A stretch of 64,000 nucleotides of DNA from Octopus vulgaris (taxonomy: Eukaryota): the NCBI GenBank assembly GCA_951406725.2, contig OX597834.1:13578001-13642000 (forward strand). Reading direction: 5' to 3'. The position numbers were made by a program, and so were the translations under genes. This document shows positions 27,591-40,525 of the stretch, piece after piece. Position 1 is the stretch's first letter; each line of letters begins with the position of its first letter. The notes under the pieces were generated by a model. That model was not told where the DNA came from and ran no database searches. It was given only the letters and a program-made list of their open reading frames with translations.

Positions 27591-27713
27591 TCCGTCTACA
27601 AAATCCACTTAGAAGGCTTTGGTCAGCCCAAGACTATAATAGAAGACAGTTGCCCAAGGTGCCACGCAATGGTTCGTAAGCAACCTACTTACCAGACAGC
27701 AACTCCCGCGCCT
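27268..27713 (-). mobile_element. SINE family B with expanded internal microsatellite
   Basis: Both halves recognisable around a ~110-bp TACA/TA tract. Confidence 0.85.
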
Positions 27714-27718
27714 ATATA

Positions 27719-27776
<58 letters not shown>

Positions 27777-29173
27777 CATATACAATTTGCTTGACAAATT
27801 ACTACTTCTTCCCATGCAGATCATTATAAAATATTTCGGTCACATACACCTCAGTTATATCTTTCAGCGCTAAATATTTCGATGAACATTTTCGATAATT
27901 ACATATGGATACATGTATCGGACGATGTTTGATTTGATTATCTGAAGCACTCTTCCTTTCATTAATGAATCTATATAAGAAGAAATTAAGTTACTATTAA
28001 AATTGCGAAGGAACCTTTTAGCAATTAAGAAATTTTAAAAATAAATCATCGAGTAATTTATTTTTGTGTGGTTTTTCAAGTTAATACCTAATAGTTTCCA
28101 TTGTATAATACTTTCAATTTCAACTCTTATTATTAGTTTCGGGCATAATTATAGCGGCTTTTCCAATGGATTTTATTCAACAAAAACAAAAACATCGTTA
28201 AATGATTATTCCGGAGCATATTCACCATCTACTTCAATTACAACTTCCTATTTGCTTGGTAGCCAGCCGGAATACTAATTCAAAGATGTTTTTGTTAAAT
28301 GTTCTAATTGTTTTTGTTTAATGAAATTTATTGAAAAAAAAAGCCGCAATAATTAATTATGCACGAGCCTAATATAATTTACTAAGGAAATTTTATAAAA
28401 CGATGTTTCTTACAGATTTTGTGAACCACACATACCCTAATATAATGAAATTCACTAAAAACTATTATTGCGGTTCAATTTATCTAAGTTCTTAAGGCTG
28501 AATAAAGTCATTACTAAAATACGAAATTTATTGCCTGAAATTTTTTGAAAGAAGTTTAAAAAGTCAAAACAGAGAATACAATGCAAAATATAAACCTGAA
28601 GTTTGAAAGAGTAATTTAATATAAATGTTATACAAATAGCAACTAAAGACAAATTTTATTGAAAGTTTTTAAAATATATTTTTCCGTTAACGTTTCGAAA
28701 ATGAATTTGACATGCAATATTTTTGGAAAATTATCATGTATTCAAACAGAACTATTAATATACGGCTCTGACATTTTTCGATTTAATTTTGGTAGTCTCT
28801 TTCTAGAAGCATCCTGGTCCGCCAGACAACCACCTGTGAAGCAGACAAACGATACTATTGAAATAACTATGGTAAGATAAAATTCACTTTAAAATTGTAA
28901 ATAGGTTTTCTAGAAATTGTCTAGGTATTTCTCAAGTAAATATTGGTTTCAATGGTTGAAACAATATAGTTTATATGTTGATCGTTTTAATATTTGAATA
29001 GAAAGCGTCATAACAATCATTCTTGAAGACGATCCTATAGAATGTATTTGTCTGTCACTATTTTTATTCTTAAATATTCAACATTGTGTAGAAAAGAAGT
29101 ATTTATAACCGCTCTTTTATATCCATACATATATATGAATCTGAGTGAGTATATCTATATCTATATCTATACG

Positions 29174-29303
<130 letters not shown>

Positions 29304-29335
29304 CAAAATAAGCAACACGGATAACCTTGGTAATT

Positions 29336-29419
29336 TGGTACGATCGTTTCGCACTACATCAATTTATTAAATTTTGTAAGCATTACAACAGTTTTAAAAT
29401 ACTAAACACTCATCAGCCA
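29336..29419 (-). ncRNA. Type I hammerhead ribozyme motif (minus-strand arm)
   Basis: TGG-CTGATGA-G[57 nt]C-GAAA-CGATCG-T-A-CCA on the reverse strand. Confidence 0.6.
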
Positions 29420-29554
29420 TTAATACAGGTTTTCCATTTATACATAGTTTTCATGGAAAACTCCTATTAATGGCTGATGAGTGTCCAGCATTTTAAAACT
29501 GTCGTAATGCTTACAACATATGAAAATTATGTATTAATGGAAAACCTCTATTAA

Positions 29555-29638
29555 TGGCTGATGAGTGCTCAGTATTTTAAAACTGCTGTAATGCTTACAA
29601 CATTTAATAAATTGATGTAATGCGAAACGATCGTACCA
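29555..29638 (+). ncRNA. Type I hammerhead ribozyme motif with long stem II insertion
   Basis: Stem I TGG/CCA, CTGATGA 29558-29564, GAAA 29624-29627, palindromic stem III ACGATCGT, predicted cleavage after GUA (29635). Confidence 0.65.
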
Positions 29639-31123
29639 AATTACCAAAATTATTCTTGTTGCATATTTTGATAATAATCACCCCATGGATTTATATGGAT
29701 AACATCATTCAAAATTCTGATAACTTAGAGGTTCTAACGTTGGTTACGATGTCGCATTTTCAGCGGGGATAAAGCAATTTTACGTTCAGCAATATTTCAT
29801 GTAAAATGTTAGGATGTAACTTGGGGCCGTGTGGAATTAGAAGTCAAGACGTCAACGAACGTAACTTTCCAACCGATATGTGGCATTTACACCGATCTGT
29901 GTTCCGTTAAATGACCGCGTCAAATTCTCAGGTTAGAAATTAATTTTTGTTTCAAATTCAGTTATAAAACCAGAACTTTTCAGAAAGGAAATTAATCCAC
30001 GATTCCTGTGCTATTTTTTGATTAGTGATTAACTTAACCTCTAAAATAATAGGCAAATTTAAGTGTAGTGGTAATCGCAAGTATTTCGTTCGAAGCTCTA
30101 ATGCATCTACCTATCAACCACCCGATAATGTATTCATTGTGAAATACGACTCTAAAGCACAAATATAAAGAAATGATGTGGAATTTTTTAAAGTATTTAC
30201 ATCGAAGAAATATTTTCTTCTTGCTTGCTTTTCTATATGACTTTAGTGGGATGTTGTTAAGCGTTCTTATAAGTTACGTCGCAGGACCTAGCTGACAAAA
30301 TGGAAAATGCGAGGGAGATGCGTTGAAACAGTCACTGACTCATTTGACCCCCAGTTGCGGACAGCCCTCTTTGCCTTGAATGCAGTGAGCAGGGATGTGG
30401 ATATGGTCCGGAGGCCAAGATTACCAGAAGTCTCCACTGCCAAATGCTCGAACATAGATCTGTCGAAGAGAGACCGATACTTAGACTGCTTTTCGAAGCC
30501 TGACGAGAAGCAGAGCCTGGGATAGTAGCAGACCGCATCAAGTTGCTGCCGGAGTAGTTGTCACATTATCTGGCATCCCAGATACCGGGCTTGCCATCAT
30601 TGACGCGAAAATTGTCACATTGTCCGTTTTTTTCTTATTGTAGGCATAAACAAGTTACCATGAATGACATTACATTCAATATACATGTTGTATATCGTCC
30701 CCATACACACTAATACAAGCCGACTGACATTCAAATATCCATTTGATTATTATTATTATTCAGATTTCTGCCATCTTTATGAAAATATGTTTGAATTTAT
30801 GTCTGTTAGTCATTTGATGGCATTGAATAATTTCTATAATACGGATAGATGTACTATGATATCAAGGTTCGACAGCATTACTGAAAGCTGATATGTCACT
30901 ATAATTCTACATCTACTGACCTTAAATAGAATATTTATATGAAATGACCAGAATATTTACCACGTATAACTACTTGCAATTTACTGACATTGGTGATAGC
31001 AAGAAAATCCTTGGCAATGATATATCCTTGCAATTAGAAGAATATCTATATGTTATATCGATTTCAAAATTATGGAGAATAACAGGAGATGCGTGCGAGA
31101 GGATACATCACTTACGTTGCTCC

Positions 31124-31210
31124 CAGTTTTCAGCTAGTACTTTCTTTTATCTCATCGACCCCGAAACATTGAAAAGCAAAGTCGACCTCGGCGGAGTTTG
31201 AACTCAGACA
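31124..31210 (-). mobile_element. SINE family C body fragment
   Basis: atcgaccccgaaac...aaagtcgacctcggcggagtttgaactcaga. Confidence 0.75.
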
Positions 31211-31497
31211 ACAAAAACGTAAACAGTTTGCTATTTGGATTTTTGACTGCATATATTATGAGTGCATATGTATGTATGTGTGTGCATTTGTGCATATGTA
31301 TCAGTGCATATTTGTATATGAAGTCTGCATTCAAATTATAGGTCAATGATATTTGAAATTCGTCTATGGACGGCATTGACTCGGTGATCGTTTCCTTGTG
31401 CATGATGTTTCACACGTTCACACACGCTTACGCACACCATGTGTATGTATGTATGTATGCACACACAAACGCACACGCACACAAACATACACATATA

Positions 31498-31835
31498 CAG
31501 TGTGTGGTGGGTAAATTGTCGCCATTTCATATTGTAAAATTTTCGCATGTGCATTAGTTGCTTTGTTTGCGTCGAATACACCGTATAGTTGGGTCAATTG
31601 GTTACGTGTGCGAGAAAAAAGTTCCAAGACGCAATTCCCTCTGCCATATATTTTGGAAACGACATGCCGTACTGCTTGGCATTGGAACCGGAAACCCCAA
31701 TACGAAAATTTCAGACTGTTTGGATTCTAATCAGAGGACAGTGCAGAGGATTCGAAAATAATTGGTTGAGTCTAGTGGTTCTAGTGAGTCTAGAAAGTTC
31801 TCACTTCTCGTCCTGATGAGAAAAGAACTCATGAA
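31498..31835 (+). mobile_element. 5' end of a Tc1/mariner-superfamily DNA transposon (truncated)
   Basis: TA-CAGTG start; WKRHAVLLGIGTGNPNTKISDCLDSNQRTVQRIRK* resembles a transposase N-terminal helix-turn-helix; no right TIR seen. Confidence 0.5.
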
Positions 31836-31877
<42 letters not shown>

Positions 31878-32014
31878 TGCTTAGTATCTACGCGTTGATT
31901 AAAATGTATCTGTCTACTTGTTCTACAACACATTTCAAAGCTTCGAAAACTTGTTTGTTTACATAGGACGTAACATACACACACACACGCACACACACAT
32001 GCACACACATTCAC

Positions 32015-32072
<58 letters not shown>

Positions 32073-32545
32073 TCAAACACACAGTAACACAATATTATTT
32101 TACGGATGAATTTACGCGCTTTGTGTATTAACGAATGTACTTTTGACATTTAATTGAAATTCATTGCTTGAATTAATATTTAAATATATGTTAAGTTTAA
32201 ATTATAAAACATTCACGAACGAAATTGCTAGCAAATTAGAGTATTTATCATACCACTAATATATGAATTGCATCTTGGAAAAAGAGGTATAATTAAAAAC
32301 AATAATCAAATTAACAGATTCATTTTATTTAAGTGAAACGACAGTTATATTACTGCAGCGACTAATATAAATTGAGACATACATAGTTGTGTGATAAAAA
32401 GTATGATGAAATACTTCCGAACTCCTTGGCTTCAGATTAAGTCAGTTTGTGTCACGTATGGCGATTGCCTTCTATTATGTATTCGAGCTGGGTAAAGTGT
32501 GATTTAGTAACTCTGATAGAAACTGAAATATATATGTATGTGTGT

Positions 32546-32672
32546 CGAGGCATGCGGCTTAGTGATTAGGGTGTTCCACTCATGATCCTAAGATTGTGGT
32601 TTCGATTGCTGGACCGGTTGACCGTTATGTTTTTTTGTTTTTTTCTGAGCAAAAGACTTCATTTCTCGTTGC
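32546..32672 (+). mobile_element. Degenerate tRNA-type SINE head related to family A
   Basis: gcggcttagtgattagggtg...gtggtttcgattgctggaccgg. Confidence 0.55.
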
Positions 32673-32715
32673 ATAATAAATGAATAGATATGTGACCTTG
32701 TGAGCACCACCAGCA

Positions 32716-32898
32716 AATTTTTTTTCCTCCGTCTTCCCTTCTCTGGATCTTTCCTTCTCCTTTGTTTCCGACGAAGAGCTCCGCTGGAAACGTTAAACCC
32801 TCCTGCTTCCCTCCTTTCCTGAGCGTCCAATAATACTTTATTTGTTCCACATCCTCGCGTTGCTGTGTTTTTTTTGTGTTTTCTTGTTTGGATTAACT
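32716..32898 (+). mobile_element. Short HHR-bearing element family E, copy 1
   Basis: GTTT-CCGACGA-A-GAGC-tcc-GCTg-GAAA-CGT-T-AAAC at 32764-32798; ends ggattaact; copies at 34407, 54101, 56700. Confidence 0.8.
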
Positions 32899-32984
32899 TT
32901 ACATAGAAACAATTATATATAGATATACATATCATAACTAATACTTATCAAGAAATTATATATAAAATTCATATGTTTACAACA

Positions 32985-34095
32985 TCAACAACACAAGATT
33001 AATGCAAAAAATTTGCTATTGATCTCGTGCAGGATACCCAAACTGAACAACCCGAGGGAAGTACGGCAACTATTGTTGCAAAGAAGGTGAAAATGATGGC
33101 AATGAAACAAGCGCACGAGCAATTGGATGATAGGTGGGAGGAGAAACCTCTGCACAGCAAATATGTGACCCGCAGCAAACAAGCTGATGTTGACCAGAAG
33201 CAAACCCATCAGTGGCTACGGAGCTCAGGGCTAAAAGCAGAGAGCGAAGGTTTCATCCTGGCTGCTCAAGATCAAAGCCTATTAACCCGGAACTACCAGG
33301 CCAATGTGATGAAAAATGGAGCAGACCCAAAATGCCGATTCTGCAACGACATGATTGAAACAGTGGACCACCTAATCTATGGATGTAAAGTCTTAGCACC
33401 AGTGGTGTATAAATTAAGACATGACAGAGTTGGCCAATATCTCCACTGGCTAATAAGTCGGCATTACAATATCAAAACTGCCGACAAGTGGTATAATCAC
33501 CACCCTGAGGCTGTAACTGAAGGAGAAAATGTAACTATTCTGTGGGACTTTCCAGTACATACAGACCGGACCATCAAGGCCAATAAACCAGATATTGTTG
33601 TGAAAGACCAAAACAATAAAGTTTGCTTATTGCTCGACATGAGCATCCCCTGTGATCATAATGTCTCAGCGAAAGAGTTTGACAAGCTCAGAAAATATAA
33701 AGACCTACTCATTGAAATTGAGAAAATATGGCATCTCAAGGCGGTTACAATACCAGTGATCGTAGGAGCACTAGGAATGATCAAGAAGGGAACCGAAAAT
33801 TATATGAGAATGATCCCTGGCTTACCATCCCTATAAGAAGTGCAAAAGATTGTCTTAACTGGTACATCACACGTATTGAGAAGAGCATTGTCGATGTGAG
33901 AACTGTTGCTGCTCATGTATTTTAATTTAACTTTAAAAAAAAAAAAATTAAAAAAATGTACGAACTACTGAGTTTGGTTTAATGGCCTACCAATGTATAC
34001 TATGAGTTTCTTTGCTCTAGGAGTCGGGAAGACACTCGGCAAGAAATGGAAGCAAATTTGAAAGAAGAAAAACAAAGTAATAATAATAATAATAA
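32985..34095 (+). mobile_element. R4/Dong-clade non-LTR retrotransposon, 5'-truncated 3' end
   Basis: ORF C-terminus plus ~175-nt 3' UTR ending in (TAA)n at ~34078-34095. Confidence 0.85.
33027..33899 (+). pseudogene. Non-LTR ORF C-terminus: CCHC zinc knuckle plus restriction-like (PD-D/ExK) endonuclease
   Basis: AAQDQSLLTRNY, CRFC...ETVDHL..GC, RHDRV, LWDF, KPDIVVKD...LLDMSIP, K..KYKDL, PVIVGALG; premature TAA at 33834-33836, frame continues EVQKIVLTGTSHVLRRALSM to TGA at 33899. Confidence 0.9.
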
Positions 34096-34406
34096 TCAAA
34101 CTTAATACAATTCAAAAGTTAAATAATATTGTTAAATAGAAAACGTTACTTTGTCGATGAAAATGATATAACAGAATTTTAAACGTAAAATGTAGGTCTC
34201 TTATCATTTCTTAAATATAGGCACGAAACACGTGTCGTTATTCTACCAAATATATATGTTTTATTTATTATTTTGCACATTACTTAATCATCGTTATATG
34301 TTTTATCGTATATTTAATCTTTCTATAATATGTAATTTTTCTAAATGTTATAATTTAATTTTTAATTATTGAATTGATAGCGTGTGCATGTTTGTGTGTG
34401 TATATA

Positions 34407-34489
34407 TTCTTTCCGGAGCGTCCAATAATAATTGTTTTGTTCCACGTCCTTGCGTTGTTGTTTTTTTTTGTTTTCTTGTTTGGATTAAC

Positions 34490-34490
<1 letters not shown>
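34407..34490 (+). mobile_element. Family E 3' half (no HHR)
   Basis: gagcgtccaataata...gttccacgtcct.gcgttg...ggattaact, then (TA)n. Confidence 0.8.
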
Positions 34491-34535
<45 letters not shown>

Positions 34536-34555
34536 AAAACGAAATATATATATAT

Positions 34556-35035
<480 letters not shown>

Positions 35036-35039
35036 GTGT

Positions 35040-35087
<48 letters not shown>

Positions 35088-35616
35088 CTACTACTCTTTA
35101 TTTTGCCGACGATTTGTATCGTTTAGTAAATTGAATTCTTTTGATTTAGATGCAAATAGCAATATTGTTTAAATTCCTCTTTGAAGTTATCGAACTTTAA
35201 AAAGTGTTTTCCGAATAAATTCGATTGAATTCCTGTGAGAATCATCGAGGAAGCAATCTAGTTCCAAAACGACTTTGGAAAATGCAAAAATAAACGTTAA
35301 TAGAATTACTTAAAAAAAGGAAACAATATCTACAACGTAATTCGTACGCAACATCTTGTAAGCAGAAGAGTGCAGTGTACAATTCAACATTTTTTACGAT
35401 AGGGCTTACATGGAAATATTTTATCAGCGATATATCTTCTTCAGATCATATTCAAATCTGACCTCAGTATGTTAGGGGGTGTTACACATTTTTCATAATG
35501 ATAACGATACAAAATACAATATAAATGATTCCAAATTAGCGTGGGCTCCAGGTCCATGCGTAACGCACACGAATGCTTCCTTTAGACGCCGTATCCATTA
35601 AGGTACAATGGAGTTC

Positions 35617-36040
35617 AACTCTTTCTACTCTTTTACTCTTTTACTTGTTTCAGTCATTTGACTGCGGCCATGCTGGAGCACCGCCTTTAGTCGAGCAAAT
35701 CGACCCCGGGACTTATTCTTTGTAAGCCCAGTACTTATTCTATCGGTCTCTTTTTGCCGAACCGCTAGGTGACGGGGACGTAAACACACCAGCATCAGTT
35801 GTCAGGCAACTGTAGGGGGACAAACACAGACACACAAGCATATACACACACACTTATATATATATATACATATATACTACAGGCTTCTTTCAGTTTCCGT
35901 CTACCAAATCCACTCACACGGCATTGGTCGGCCCGGGGCTATAGCAGAAGACACTTGCCCAAGATGCCACGCAGTGGGACTGAACCCGGAAACATGTGGT
36001 TGGTTAGCATGCTACGCGCCACACAGCCACTCCTGCGCCT
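35617..36040 (-). mobile_element. SINE family B, full length, young
   Basis: Near-identical to 3396-3806 and 15577-15992. Confidence 0.92.
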
Positions 36041-36158
36041 ATGTACCTTTCTATGTTTCTATATTTGAGATATTCCTCGCTGACCCCATCGTTGAGAAAC
36101 GAAATCATGAACATAAATACAAAGCATGTCTTAAAATAAAAAACATATCTTGTATATA

Positions 36159-36218
<60 letters not shown>

Positions 36219-36280
36219 TATAAATATGAGTGCGTAAGCATCAATGTATGTGCCTGTTAATGCATCTGTATGGACACGTG

Positions 36281-36377
<97 letters not shown>

Positions 36378-36378
<1 letters not shown>

Positions 36379-36653
36379 CATGTGACCGACCAGTCCATCA
36401 GATGTAGTTGCACATAGCCGGTCACAATGCGTTCGCATTGTTTATTAGCCTTCGAAAGACGCCACCCCCACTGGCTAAGCGAGCAGGCCAAGAGAAGAAA
36501 GAGCGGGAGAAAGAGTGGTGAAAGAGTACAGCAGGGATCAGCACCCCCTGCCGGAGCCTCGTGGAGCTTTTTAGGTGTTTTCGCTCAATAAACACTCACA
36601 ACGCCCGGTCTGGGAATCGAAACCGCGCGTCCGCTGGCATAACCACTAGGCCA
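36378..36653 (-). mobile_element. SINE sharing the family A 5' half but with a different 3' tail
   Basis: 36500-36653 matches family A; 36378-36495 does not match the A tail. Confidence 0.7.
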
Positions 36654-36711
36654 TATAAATGTATATTGCAAAATTCTATACCTATCTACATATATTTTAT
36701 CTATCTATCTG

Positions 36712-36742
<31 letters not shown>

Positions 36743-36743
36743 C

Positions 36744-36814
<71 letters not shown>

Positions 36815-36899
36815 CTCTATCTCTCTATCTATCTATCTACTGGTTATAGTTTATAGTATATATGGTATACTCTATTGAGAACGTAATAAAGCTGCGACC

Positions 36900-37172
36900 C
36901 TCGTACAGATTTCACACTGTGCTTTCTAGTAGTAGTATCCTACGTACCTCCAGCTTTGCATCTGGGCTTTTATTGTGTGAGTAGATAATTGGAGTCAACA
37001 AGAAAGAGCATAATGTTGCGCAGAAACAATTGTAATGATTGAAAAGAATTGTTCAACAGCACTCCATCTTGTTGACTCCAATTTTATTCAATTATCTATT
37101 CACAGACGACAAAGGCTCAAACGCAAACCTGGGAATGTGTATGACACTAATACTTGAAATCTGAAAACGGAG
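36900..37172. repeat. Degenerate long inverted repeat, MITE-like
   Basis: cagatttca/tgaaatctg at the ends; gtgagtagataatt-ggagtcaacaaga versus tcttgttgactcc...aattatctattcac inside. Confidence 0.6.
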
Positions 37173-37502
37173 GATCAAATTTTTACTACTCTGTACTACG
37201 TTATTAACATATTATACACTAACAACTTCTTCAATTATATATATATATAAGTACATATATGATTATATATGAATAATTACACATACGATCAGACACAGAT
37301 ACACGCACACTAACACACACACATGCACACACACACAACGGAGAAATTGACATCTACACACCAATTTATTAGAACATAATACAATTATGAGCAATATGAA
37401 GCTGATTTTCACCTACGATCGTTTCCTAACGTATTTGTTTTTTCACTGATACGCCGGGGAAGTCGGATGCTGACATATCTTTAAGATAATGTATATGCTC
37501 CA

Positions 37503-37548
<46 letters not shown>

Positions 37549-37550
37549 TA

Positions 37551-37744
37551 GAGTTTACGACAAAACAACAAAAGACGAAGACAGTTGGTGTACAACACAA
37601 ACAGATGTATTAGAATAACTGTCAAGAATAGGAAAAGTCTTTTACATTTCGAGCTTACACTCTTCCACAGAAAGGGACACAGAAAACAAGGAGAGAAACA
37701 AGGAGGGAAAAAATGTGTGTAGTGGCTAACGATCTATCATGGCG

Positions 37745-37745
<1 letters not shown>
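37551..37745 (-). mobile_element. Short HHR-bearing element family F, copy 2
   Basis: CTTT-CTGTGGA-A-GAGT-gtaa-GCTC-GAAA-TGT-A-AAAG at 37674-37639; (TA)n on both sides. Confidence 0.75.
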
Positions 37746-37815
<70 letters not shown>

Positions 37816-37939
37816 ATAGAAAGATAATAATCTTGTAGTAGATTAATCAAAAGTTTAACCGATACCTTAGTAGCAAAAATCACAGCAGTAAAACACAGCA
37901 GTAAAACAGCACGGTTGGAGGTACAACCATATGGTGTTG

Positions 37940-38006
<67 letters not shown>

Positions 38007-38564
38007 TTATACCCACACAGAAACACTCGTACAGCGTAATTTCCCGGAGGTATAATTTATGCGCATGTATTTCTAAATCAAATGATGAATGCATCTTCGC
38101 ATCGCTATATTTGCATGGGGATTGTTTTGTGCGTAGGCGTAAGGCTATTAACACACCAGAAGTGATAATGTTTCTAAAATAGAGATATGATTAGCACAGA
38201 TACGTCGATATGGATTCGAAGATGTGCGTTTGTCTTTTCAAGCGATGCTTATAGAAAGACAATATAAGTACAAAAAAGATGCATACGCATAACTGGAGCC
38301 AAGTAAAACGATTATGGGATATAAACACAACTATTGTTATGTATTCAATTAATTATATATTAATATATTCATTAACATTTAAGTAATGTGTTGCTACAGC
38401 ATGGCGCAAAATGGGCCTGAAAAAACGTAATAAGGAAATAAGTGGCAAATATATGAAGACATGTTTGTGAGTCTCTATGTGAAGGGTACATAATATACGC
38501 TCATAATATACATATACTTATATATATGTATTCGTGAGTGTGAGTGCGTGAGCATGTGTTTATT

Positions 38565-38692
<128 letters not shown>

Positions 38693-38896
38693 CATATACA
38701 TTATATATATGTATATATATATATGCATATTTATAAATATATAAATATACATATACATATATATATATTGTATATATATACATATACATATATATTATAT
38801 ACATCTATATGTATACATATATATATATACACATACATATACATATATATATATGTGTATATATATATATACATATATACATATATACATATATAC

Positions 38897-38969
<73 letters not shown>

Positions 38970-39779
38970 CCCACATGCATAGAGGCTAAAATATATTAGC
39001 ATACGTATACACGAATGTATACTGAAAACTGTACACGCGGATACGTATTTAGTTATATGTATGCATATACACAAAAAAAAAAAAACGGAAGTGAATAAAT
39101 AAATACATGAAACTAGACAGAAAACAAATTCTTATCGATTGGTCAATTCCTCACTTCTTTTTCTTTTTCTTTCGCTCTCTATTTCGTGCGAAGCAAAATT
39201 GATTTAATGTTACGAACAAATCTTTTTTAAACTGATGCCGAAATACACAAAGAGGTCAAACGCTGTTACTGCATAGGAATATTCATAAGATAACTGAGCT
39301 GTATAAACCTCAGAAATGATAAATATGCTTTATATTATTACTATTTATCTCGTATATATAAATTTCACGTTGATTTTCGTTCGCTGCTTGTTAGATTGCT
39401 TTCGAGGTGATACGAGTATTGTTTTGATTTGGGTCGAATTATTATTATTTTTTTTTTTTTGGTCTCTGTTTCTTGTTTTGGTTGTTAAATGTTTTGTCTT
39501 TATTTTTCTGCTTATTTTCCGGTTTTTATTTTTTATTGGTGTGGCTATTTTTATTGCGGCTAAATATCGAGCAGTGCCGCAGTAGCCTGGATATTATTTA
39601 CTCCATGGACATATCTGGGTTATGTCTTAGCTTCTCATCAATGTATTCGTGAAATAAACTATACATATGTGTCTATGTATTTATATATGCATATGTGCAC
39701 CTAACATCGCATATGTGTACATAGATTTACACTCACGTACACACATCTCGCTCCAAATATATAAATATAACTACATATA

Positions 39780-39873
<94 letters not shown>

Positions 39874-39902
39874 TATATATGTGATTGTTGTTATGTCCTG
39901 CT

Positions 39903-39928
39903 GTTATTATTATTAATATCATTATTAA

Positions 39929-39993
<65 letters not shown>
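39903..39993. repeat. (ATT)n microsatellite with a short flanking duplication
   Basis: tgttatgt(c/t)ctg..tgttattattattaat occurs near 39888 and 40003. Confidence 0.9.
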
Positions 39994-40117
39994 GATGCCT
40001 GCTGTTATGTTCTGTTATTATTATTAATTTTTTTATTGTATTTTTCTATTTAATTTTGTGTAACATCGTCTGTTTCACGTCCTTGTTTTTGTATATATTC
40101 GATGGTTTTTGCTAAAG

Positions 40118-40352
40118 AATCTAATGCTGTTACCTTAGTTTTTCCTTGGGGCTGGCCAGATTGGAGCAATCTCAAGATTAATCAGCCGAAATTGCGAGGA
40201 GTATCCGGTTCTTGACTGAGGATAATAGGCTTCGAATGACTCGTCCTTGTTTTCTTTGTATCGTCTATCTGGATGTTTTGATGTCCCTTTTCGTATCACC
40301 TAGTTCTCCAGATGTTTTGCGTTCTTGTCCCATTCTGTATTTTATTTTATAT
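40118..40352 (+). repeat. Unclassified short interspersed repeat; 3' fragment also at 41965-42062
   Basis: Shared tgactg..gat.a.aggcttcgaatgac.cgtc, then pyrimidine/GT-rich tail running into (TA)n. Confidence 0.5.
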
Positions 40353-40414
40353 ATACCTGCGTATATATATACATACATATACTTATTTACATATATACAT
40401 ACACACACACATAT

Positions 40415-40525
<111 letters not shown>

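Noticed and set aside
30280-30560. GC-richer island with a 72-aa ORF; possible exon or decayed LINE endonuclease
   Set aside because: No convincing motif or splice-site pair by eye; needs BLASTX.
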